NCBI GenBank assembly: GCA_050246315.1
Contig: JBFWWG010000002.1
Span: 524,811 to 588,810, forward strand
Direction of reading: 5' to 3'
Origin: Nitrospiraceae bacterium
GTDB taxonomy: Bacteria; Nitrospirota; Nitrospiria; Nitrospirales; Nitrospiraceae
DNA length: 64,000 bases
Below the pieces are notes generated by a model. It was not told the DNA's origin and ran no database searches. It saw only the letters and a list, made by a program, of their open reading frames with translations. Both the position numbers and the translations under genes were made by a program. This document shows positions 57,005 to 64,000 of this stretch, one piece after another (position 1 is the stretch's first letter; each line of letters starts with the position of its first letter).

Positions 57005-57859
57005 TTAACGAACGACGGGCCGGGCGTAATTGGCTCCCGGCACGCCATAGCCCGCGCTCCGAACGATGCGTTGCGCCTCGGGCGTTTGAATGAACGCCAA
57101 AAAATCTTCGCAGAGCGATCGATTCGGGCAGTACCGCTCCATCGCCATCGAGTGCACCGTCGGCTCATACCCACGCTCTGCCACCGCCACGATCCGAACC
57201 CGTTCCCGTTCCCTCACCGCCTCATGCTCGAAAATGATGCCCAGGTCGGCCTCCCCGCCGAGGACATGGTCAAGGACCCCTCGAGAGTCGGTCGCGACGT
57301 CCAGCCGGCCTCGCAACTTCCCCTTCAGATCGAACTCTTGCAACACCTCCTCCGTCTGTCTCCCCAGATTGGTCCGTTGCGGTTCCGCAATCGCGAGCCT
57401 GAGCCCTTCGCTTACCCGTCCGAGTTCTTCAAACGATTCCGGAGCATCCGCCACCGCTTCAGGCGCGACCAAGACCAGACGTTCCTTGGCATAGGCCCGT
57501 TTGGTGCCGGGCAGGACGTAGTACTTCATCTCCAGTCGGGTGATCAGCTCGTCGCCGCCTGGCGCCACCAGATGAATCGGGCCCCTCCCGATGAAAAATT
57601 CTCCGGTCATGCTGTTCTCCATCCCGGCAATCGTCCGCCTGAGATCCAACCCATCATCGAAGTACAACATGACTTTGACATGCTGATGTTTGGCTTCATA
57701 GGCCTCGGCAAGCGCCTTCAACGGCACGCCCAGGCTCGGCGACCCGGCGATCACGAGCACCTCTCGGGATTGGCCGGCATGGGAGGGCACGGTAAGGCCC
57801 CCTACGGCGGCCATGGCGCACAGGTACAGCAACGGACGCATCATCCGTATGATTCTCAT
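57005..57859 (-). CDS. Highly divergent ModA-like substrate-binding protein (paralog 4)
   Basis: Signal peptide; AGSPSL, YAKERLVLV, LAIAEP..T.LG, GEADLGII, FLAFIQTPEAQRIV..GY motifs. Confidence 0.75.
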   Translation of the reverse strand: MRIIRMMRPLLYLCAMAAVGGLTVPSHAGQSREVLVIAGSPSLGVPLKALAEAYEAKHQHVKVMLYFDDGLDLRRTIAGMENSMTGEFFIGRGPIHLVAPGGDELITRLEMKYYVLPGTKRAYAKERLVLVAPEAVADAPESFEELGRVSEGLRLAIAEPQRTNLGRQTEEVLQEFDLKGKLRGRLDVATDSRGVLDHVLGGEADLGIIFEHEAVRERERVRIVAVAERGYEPTVHSMAMERYCPNRSLCEDFLAFIQTPEAQRIVRSAGYGVPGANYARPVVR

Positions 57860-57912
57860 GACCTCTCCTCTATCAATCCATCCTCTGGTCGTCGTGCGCG
57901 AACCATTCGTCG

Positions 57913-59109
57913 TTAGGCTGAGCGCTTGTCCAACAGCTCCCGCACCATCCCGGTCTCTCTCGTATCGTAGCCGCCCAACGCCTCCACTTCCGTCCGGAAC
58001 GGACGGCTCACGATCGTATCCAGAAACTGCTGCAGCGCCGGATGGGATTTCAACAGGACGGCCGAGACCACCAGATCATAGCGCTCCGCTTGCAGCGCGA
58101 GAAAATCCAAGCCGAATGCCGCAGCGGCCGCGCCCACTCCCACACCCACGTCCGCCATGCCGTCCGCGACGGTGCGGGCGACGGCAAAATGCGACGGCAC
58201 GACATGGCGGTATCCCCTCACCTGCGCCGGCTTCACACCGGCATCGGCCAAGCGCTGATCCAACAACAACCTGGCGCCGGCGCCTTCTTCCCGATTCACG
58301 AGCGTGACATCTCGCCGCCCCAGGTCGCCGGCTTCCCTGATCCCACGGGGGTTGCCTCGCCTCACCAACCATCCCTGTTCCCATGCCGCAAACGTGACGA
58401 CGGTATACTGTTCTGGATCAAGATGCCGCCGCAGATAGGGCAGATTCGACTCTCCGGTCTTGCGGTCCACCACATGAACGCCGGCAACATGGACCTCGGA
58501 TCGCTTTAGCGCCTCCACGGCCGCCGCGCTGCCGGCCATCCACCCGACGACCGACGCCCCTCCTTGGCGACGCCTGAGATACTCGCCGGCCAGGTAAATG
58601 GCGGGATCGCAACCAGCCACCGCAATCTCCTCACGGATCGACGCCCATTCCCGCAGCAACCGGACACGGACCTTGGTGCATCCGTGCTTGGATTTCCCCG
58701 AAGGCAGACCCGTGACGAGTCCATCGGCCGGAACGGTATAGGTCAGCACCTCCCCCAGATGCGTCACCGGCCTGACGATCACGCGGGACCCGACTTGCAC
58801 CACCTTCACGCGGTGGCGCAGCTCACTGCCCGCCGCGGCTCGCTCCACCCCGACCAATTCGCCCTCGATCTCTTCGCCGCTTGAAATCAAATTGAAGAGG
58901 TCTTCGATACGGCAGTGCAGCACGCCGGCCAGTCTCAGCGCAACCGCAGTGGTGGGCAGGTATTGATTGGCTTCGATCGCGCAGACCGCCTGTCTCGTGA
59001 TGCCGGAGCGCGCGGCCAATTCGGTTTGCGAGAACCCGCGCCCCATCCGAACCTGGCGCAGGCGATTCTCGATATTCTCAGCCGGCTCGGCTTTGCTCTT
59101 GTCGCTCAT
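57913..59109 (-). CDS. XRE-HTH regulator with C-terminal PBP (molybdate-sensing-type) domain
   Basis: NRLRQVR..FSQTELA...RQAV.AIE...P; AGCDPA, GSAAA..AL, HVAGVH, VNREEGAGAR, ERYDLV motifs. Confidence 0.88.
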   Translation of the reverse strand: MSDKSKAEPAENIENRLRQVRMGRGFSQTELAARSGITRQAVCAIEANQYLPTTAVALRLAGVLHCRIEDLFNLISSGEEIEGELVGVERAAAGSELRHRVKVVQVGSRVIVRPVTHLGEVLTYTVPADGLVTGLPSGKSKHGCTKVRVRLLREWASIREEIAVAGCDPAIYLAGEYLRRRQGGASVVGWMAGSAAAVEALKRSEVHVAGVHVVDRKTGESNLPYLRRHLDPEQYTVVTFAAWEQGWLVRRGNPRGIREAGDLGRRDVTLVNREEGAGARLLLDQRLADAGVKPAQVRGYRHVVPSHFAVARTVADGMADVGVGVGAAAAAFGLDFLALQAERYDLVVSAVLLKSHPALQQFLDTIVSRPFRTEVEALGGYDTRETGMVRELLDKRSA

Positions 59110-59287
59110 GGGGCGCCACATGTAACAAATAGAAGCGGTGATGTCAAGTATGCTGTCACCTCCTCGCACCGTCCAGACGTGGCCGAAAGCCGTTTCCGGC
59201 AAGGACACCGAATACCCTAATATCCATCAGGAGTACGGAGGTAGGCATAGCACGATCAATACCCATGTATCGCTCGACAGGGGTGGC

Positions 59288-59319
59288 AGGGGCTTGTCGA
59301 CAGGAGCGAGCAAGCCCCT
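59288..59319. other. GC-rich hairpin (GTAG-REP-like or terminator) downstream of the ABC ATPase gene
   Basis: AGGGGCTTG-TCG...CGA-G-CAAGCCCCT; minus strand reads GTAGGGGC...GCCCC. Confidence 0.4.
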
Positions 59320-59397
59320 ACTACAAGCGAGGCGAGCGGGAGACGGTGGGCTCCTCGATCGCACGGAACAGGTCGAATGAAGCCCGCCGCAGCGCCT

Positions 59398-60237
59398 TTA
59401 CGGTCCAGTCAGTTCAAGATAGTCCGGCCAGTGGTCACCCGTCCCTTTTGGATGCATGGATGGATGCATGGACGCCGGCACGCAGTAGGCCAGGCCGTCT
59501 TCTCTGATCACGACCTCAAGCTCAATTCGATAGAGGCGTCGCAGCACATCTTTGGTCATCACGTGGAGTGGATGGCCTTGGGCGATCGCCGTTCCGCCGG
59601 ACAACAGTACGACCTTATCCGATACCTGAAACGCATGATCAGGAAAATGGGTCGATTTGATGACCGTATAGCCTTCGGCGGCCAAGTTGCGAATATGCTC
59701 CAAGAGGCGGAGCTGATTGCCATAGTCCAGACCGCTGACCGGCTCATCCATGATCAATAACCGGGCGCCTTGAGCCAATGCCCGGGCAATCAAGACCAAC
59801 TGCCGTTCTCCGCCGCTGATGGCCGTATACGGACGCTGCGCCAAATGCTGGATGCCAAGCCGGCCGAGCGCCGACATGACAATGGAACGGTCCCGATTCG
59901 AATACCCTCCATAGAAGGATTGATGGGCCAGACGCCCCAGCATCACCACGTCCCGAACCACATAGGGAAATGATAGGGAGTGCGCCTGAGGAACATAGGC
60001 CATTTTGCGCGCCATCTCACTCCGAGACAGTTGCGCAATCGGCTGCTCGTCCAACAAGACGCGGCCTGCCGCAGGAGCCAGGAGCCCCAGCAGGATTTTG
60101 AGCAGCGAACTTTTCCCACTTCCGTTCGGCCCCAACAAAGCAAGCACCTCTCCCTTCTCAACTACGAGGGAGACCTCCTGCAGGACCGTGCGGTCGCCAT
60201 ATTTGAACGCAATCCTCTCCGCTTCCATGAGACTCAT
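59398..60237 (-). CDS. Type II ABC importer ATPase (FecE/MolC-like)
   Basis: GPNGSGKS, ISGGERQ, IMDEP, STH motifs. Confidence 0.92.
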   Translation of the reverse strand: MSLMEAERIAFKYGDRTVLQEVSLVVEKGEVLALLGPNGSGKSSLLKILLGLLAPAAGRVLLDEQPIAQLSRSEMARKMAYVPQAHSLSFPYVVRDVVMLGRLAHQSFYGGYSNRDRSIVMSALGRLGIQHLAQRPYTAISGGERQLVLIARALAQGARLLIMDEPVSGLDYGNQLRLLEHIRNLAAEGYTVIKSTHFPDHAFQVSDKVVLLSGGTAIAQGHPLHVMTKDVLRRLYRIELEVVIREDGLAYCVPASMHPSMHPKGTGDHWPDYLELTGP

Positions 60238-61307
60238 GAGAGCCATCCGCTGCGCACGTGACGAAGCACCGCAACGAACACGGGAATGCCGATCAGTTCC
60301 GTCGCCACGCCGATCGGCACCTCCACCGCAAAGAGACTCCTCGCGAGATCATCAACGCAGAGGAGAAACAAGGCGCCGATCACCGCACTGGCCGGCAGGA
60401 CCCGTTGATTGTTGGCTCCGACCAGCAGCCGAGCGATATGGGGGATGACCAGACCGACCCACACGATCATTCCGGCAAGCGTCACCGTTAACGCGCTGAC
60501 CAGTGTGGCGCAGGCGATCACGGAGAGCCGGATTCGCGTCACATTGACGCCGAGCGTATGAGCTTCCTCATCGCCCATGCTCAGAGCATTGAGATACTTG
60601 GCCGAAGCCATGAGGGCGACGGTGCCCAGGATCATGGGCCCGGCCAACAGCAAGACGGTGCGCAGGTCCACGAGTGAGAGGCGTCCCATAAGCCAGAATA
60701 CGATGGCCGGCAACTGATCGTACGGATCCGCTAACGCCTTCACGATGGACAGCAGGGCCGTGAACAGACCGCCGGTAATGATGCCGCCCAAGACCAACAT
60801 CAACAGGGAATCCGCTCCATAGAATCTGGCAATCAACAACGTAATCCCCACCGCCGCCAGTCCCATGAGAAACGCCCCGAGCTGAACCATAACCCACGAA
60901 TCTCCGACCAGCATCGCCGCTGCCGCCCCGAACGAGGCGCCGGCCAAGACCCCAAGCAGTCCGGGCGACACCAACGGGTTGCGGAACATGGCTTGAAAAG
61001 CGGCCCCGGACACGGAGAGCGCCGCACCGATCAACATGGCCGCAAAGACGCGAGGAAGCCGGAGATCGAACACCACGGTTTTCAGTTCGTCGTAACGTTC
61101 CGGAGCAAGGCCCGCGACGCCAAACGTCGTAGTCATGATGAGGTGGTACAAGTCGGACCATGGCACGGGATAGCGCCCGATCGCCAAAGACACGACGCCC
61201 ATCCCGATCAACACGGGCACGGACACCCAGACGGACATGATCCACCGTATGAACGGCGCCTGATCGATCGACCGCATGTCCATCGCAATATCGGTCTGTC
61301 CCATCAT
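60234..61307 (-). CDS. Type II ABC importer permease (FecCD family, MolB-like)
   Basis: SLAIGRY, LRLPR, FRNPLV, SLLMLVL, LPAIVFWLMG, WVGLVIPH motifs. Confidence 0.92.
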   Translation of the reverse strand: MMGQTDIAMDMRSIDQAPFIRWIMSVWVSVPVLIGMGVVSLAIGRYPVPWSDLYHLIMTTTFGVAGLAPERYDELKTVVFDLRLPRVFAAMLIGAALSVSGAAFQAMFRNPLVSPGLLGVLAGASFGAAAAMLVGDSWVMVQLGAFLMGLAAVGITLLIARFYGADSLLMLVLGGIITGGLFTALLSIVKALADPYDQLPAIVFWLMGRLSLVDLRTVLLLAGPMILGTVALMASAKYLNALSMGDEEAHTLGVNVTRIRLSVIACATLVSALTVTLAGMIVWVGLVIPHIARLLVGANNQRVLPASAVIGALFLLCVDDLARSLFAVEVPIGVATELIGIPVFVAVLRHVRSGWLS

Positions 61308-62356
61308 GGAATTCCTTTCAGCATCTCCTCCGCCTCCTCCTCCGACAATTGATAACGGAAGAACTGGACGTAGAACCGCTTCATTGCGCCGGTCAGATCC
61401 ACGTCACCGACCCGACCCGGATGGAACAGCGTCGCAGCCCACAACACTGTCAGCGGCTGCTCGGCCGTTCGGTATCCCCACGGATGAGCGCCGGCGGGAA
61501 TCGCATGGACCCGTCGCTGGCGGACCGCCTTCACGTGCCGGAATCGCGGCTCCTGATAGACTTGCTCGATCTCAACCGGAGCGCTCACGATCAGAATATC
61601 GGGATTCCACGCCAACACCTGCTCGGGCGACACCGGCAGACTCTCGGTCAGGCGGCCGTCGGACGTCACGCTCACTCCCCCACCTTCCGTGATCCACCAT
61701 TCTCCGATCAGATGCGGCACACTCATCATTCTCAGGCTTAAGAACAAGACGCGAGGCCGATCGGAGCTTGGCAGACTCCCCACGGCCGATTGAACGACCC
61801 CCAATGTCTCGCCCAGAAACTCCAGGTATCTTCTGGCCTCATCACGCCGCTCCAGCGCCTCCCCCAGCAACACAATGGTGCGCTCCATGTCGTCACGGTT
61901 CCTCCACGAGAGGCACAGGACGCGTAAGCCCTTGTTCGTCAACGCGTCGGCCAGGGCACGATCCATGGTCAATACGACATCCGGGCGGAGTGCGATCAAT
62001 GCTTCCATATTGGGTTCGTGGCCGGGTCCCTGGACGACGGGGAGCGAGGAGAGTGCCGGAGCGATCCGTCGCTGATACTGGTGGCGTCGGGTCTGCGCAA
62101 AATAGGGAAGCCCGTTCACAATGGCATCGCCTCTTCCCAACGCGAAGACAAAGCTGTTCAAGACCGGAACAGGCCCGAGCGTGGCGACTCGCGTAATGCC
62201 GGCCGGCAACTCCACCGTCCGACCCGCCAGATCGACGAACGTCCGCGCTGCGCCGCTCCCTTGGCCCAATGCCGGTGAGGAACGCGCACCGACCAAGAGC
62301 AGACACCACAGCAGCGAGCATGCAAGGATCGCTGCAACCCGACATGACCGATTCAT
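61304..62356 (-). CDS. Type II ABC importer periplasmic binding protein
   Basis: Signal peptide; FVDLAGRTV, NMEALIALRPD, EQVLAWNPD, VKAV...RV motifs; start MNRSC overlaps the tonB stop. Confidence 0.9.
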   Translation of the reverse strand: MNRSCRVAAILACSLLWCLLLVGARSSPALGQGSGAARTFVDLAGRTVELPAGITRVATLGPVPVLNSFVFALGRGDAIVNGLPYFAQTRRHQYQRRIAPALSSLPVVQGPGHEPNMEALIALRPDVVLTMDRALADALTNKGLRVLCLSWRNRDDMERTIVLLGEALERRDEARRYLEFLGETLGVVQSAVGSLPSSDRPRVLFLSLRMMSVPHLIGEWWITEGGGVSVTSDGRLTESLPVSPEQVLAWNPDILIVSAPVEIEQVYQEPRFRHVKAVRQRRVHAIPAGAHPWGYRTAEQPLTVLWAATLFHPGRVGDVDLTGAMKRFYVQFFRYQLSEEEAEEMLKGIP

Positions 62357-63507
62357 TGAATTCCATAGCTGATCGGAATCTTCACCGTAATGGACTCCTT
62401 CCCGAGGTCGTAGGTCAATGAAACCGGCGAGAGCCTGCCCAGCAGTTTCAAGGCTTCGTCGTCGAGGATGTCGTGTCCCGAACTGTGGAGGACCTCCAAA
62501 TCGGTCAACGTCCCGTCGTTCCACATCACCGCCCTGACCACGACTCGCCCTTCCAGTTTACGATCCAACGCAAGCTGCGGATACCGCTTCATCCGTTCGA
62601 TGTGGCTTTGCAACAGCTCTTTCAACCACCCGTAGTGGGCCTGCGAGCCAGGGGCTGCTTTCGCCGTAGGCCGGCTCTCGGGTGCGTCGCGCCGGCTCCA
62701 TTGAGGCCTTGGGACAGATCCGTGCGCAGCCACCCGCACCTCCACCTCTTGAGTGTGACGATTGACGGATGCCGCCGGGCGTTCCACCAGGCCGTCTTCG
62801 AATGCCCGTTGCTGCGTGGGGACCTTGTGCACCACCTCACCACGCTCGACCGGTTTGGATAGATTGGATATAGGAGTCGAAGCTGACACGGTTGGCGAAT
62901 GGGGCGCATCCGAGACGGGATCGCTAAGAACCGCGCTTGCCGACGACACAGCAGTCGGGCTCACGGACTCAGGAACGCTGCGCACTTCCGTTGCCACTCC
63001 CGACGGTTCGGGCAGAACGGCAGCAACCTCTCGCTCCATGATGCCCTCCTCCGCACGTTGGACCTCATGCTGAATGACTTCAGCGCTACGGCTGACGCTT
63101 CGTTGTTCAACCGGCATGCTGGCGTTCAACGGCGGCGCAACGGACGCTGTGGCCTCAACCGCCGCTGCGTCTCGACGCTCAACCGTTCGATCCTGAACAG
63201 GCTGCTTCTCAACCGTCTGCTCCATGGCCCGACGATCCTGAATCGGTCGTTCCTGAACCGTCTGCGCCTTTGACGGCCGCTCCTGAACCGGTTGTCGAGG
63301 TGGCGGCTCGGAAGGAGGCGCTTCCGGAGGTGATACGGTGGATCGCTGGGATTGGTGCATCACCACTTCCCATCGAAACGGTTCGTCCGGTAAGGGCCTG
63401 GGCTGGAACTGCGCCATCAAGAACGCTCCGGCCACACAAAGGGCATGCAGAATGACGGACACGCTCCAACCCTGTGCGTGGTAGGACGGTTTCACCGACT
63501 GATCCAC
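62353..63507 (-). CDS. tonB: Energy transducer TonB
   Basis: N-terminal TM with SxxxH; long P/Q/E/S linker; C-terminal YP..A....EGRV, SSGH.ILD.EAL. Confidence 0.88.
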   Translation of the reverse strand: MDQSVKPSYHAQGWSVSVILHALCVAGAFLMAQFQPRPLPDEPFRWEVVMHQSQRSTVSPPEAPPSEPPPRQPVQERPSKAQTVQERPIQDRRAMEQTVEKQPVQDRTVERRDAAAVEATASVAPPLNASMPVEQRSVSRSAEVIQHEVQRAEEGIMEREVAAVLPEPSGVATEVRSVPESVSPTAVSSASAVLSDPVSDAPHSPTVSASTPISNLSKPVERGEVVHKVPTQQRAFEDGLVERPAASVNRHTQEVEVRVAAHGSVPRPQWSRRDAPESRPTAKAAPGSQAHYGWLKELLQSHIERMKRYPQLALDRKLEGRVVVRAVMWNDGTLTDLEVLHSSGHDILDDEALKLLGRLSPVSLTYDLGKESITVKIPISYGIQ

Positions 63508-63615
63508 TCATTCCCTCGCCCGATTTGGCTATGTCACGCCCCTCCTGAAATCCGATCAGGCAGAGACCTCGATGCCATATATAATATATTCTCGTCAACT
63601 ATAATGGACACTGGG

Positions 63616-64000
63616 TCAAAACTTTAAGCCGATCGAGCCGGCCACTGTGAAGGGAGCGCCAGGAAAATAGGCGGCGTTGCCGCCGAGCCGATCTTCAAAG
63701 GCATTGATCACGCCGACGTACCTCTTGTCGAACAGATTCAAGAACTGTACGCTCAGGAACCCGTCCTTGACGCCTGGAATAGCTCGAAACAGCTTCGGAT
63801 TGGTATAGGTCAGGAACAAGTCCACGACGGTATAGGGGGAGACTCGCTCCGTATTGGTCACGTTCCCGAACCGGGCGCCGATGTAGCGGACGACCGGGGC
63901 AATCTCCAAGCCATACAGTTTGTAACTGATTCCTCCCTTGAGCATGAACTCAGGAAAATCCGGGGTCGCGTGCCCCTTGGTTTGGACGATCGCTCCCGAG
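63616..64000 (-). CDS. TonB-dependent receptor, C-terminal part (5' end outside the window)
   Basis: YTVVDL, NLFDKRY, PGAPFT motifs; ends ...GLKF. Confidence 0.9.
   Translation of the reverse strand, partial: SGAIVQTKGHATPDFPEFMLKGGISYKLYGLEIAPVVRYIGARFGNVTNTERVSPYTVVDLFLTYTNPKLFRAIPGVKDGFLSVQFLNLFDKRYVGVINAFEDRLGGNAAYFPGAPFTVAGSIGLKF

Noticed and set aside
59449..59472. 12-bp tandem repeat giving SMHPSMHP in the ATPase tail; VQER/IQDR repeats in the TonB linker
   Set aside because: Ordinary slippage or low-complexity sequence in flexible regions.
35856..64000. Prophage or integrative island at tRNA-Met
   Set aside because: No integrase, phage genes or duplicated tRNA 3' end seen in the window.
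1..64000. CRISPR array or rRNA genes
   Set aside because: No regularly spaced repeat-spacer array or rRNA-like sequence was seen.

Overview
Bacterial chromosome segment of roughly 60% GC, most likely Nitrospira/Nitrospirota (inferred from the gene set and protein sequences; not verified). Bases 1-6 kb are a small accessory zone with two type II toxin-antitoxin pairs, a DUF2779 nuclease-like gene, a MATE pump and a MITE remnant. Bases 6-35.9 kb are mostly housekeeping: panE fusion, cobB, a RomR-like gene, valS-nadC-birA-coaX, grpE-dnaK-dnaJ-rsmE, an IPT/TIG plus YCF48 pair, recA-recX-alaS-ruvX-mltG-deoC-deoB*-ridA and tRNA-Met. After an XRE-S24 repressor and a second MITE, about 26 kb (37.7-64 kb) is an unusually elaborate molybdate/tungstate-type uptake locus. 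It has four ModA-family binding proteins but one ModBC pair, and two paralogous porin + unknown lipoprotein + ModA-like modules facing each other. It also has Mop/TOBE proteins, an exported sulfite-oxidase-fold domain lacking the Mo-ligating Cys, an XRE-PBP regulator, a MolB-like type II ABC transporter with TonB and a TonB-dependent receptor, and an RND pump whose permease is split in two. This locus is my best candidate for an undescribed system. Other notable points: an unannotated 39-aa K/R-rich protein, a catalytically degenerate phosphopentomutase, two MITE families, and a repeated RNA-like hairpin motif downstream of yezD. All family calls come from reading motifs by eye; no searches were run.
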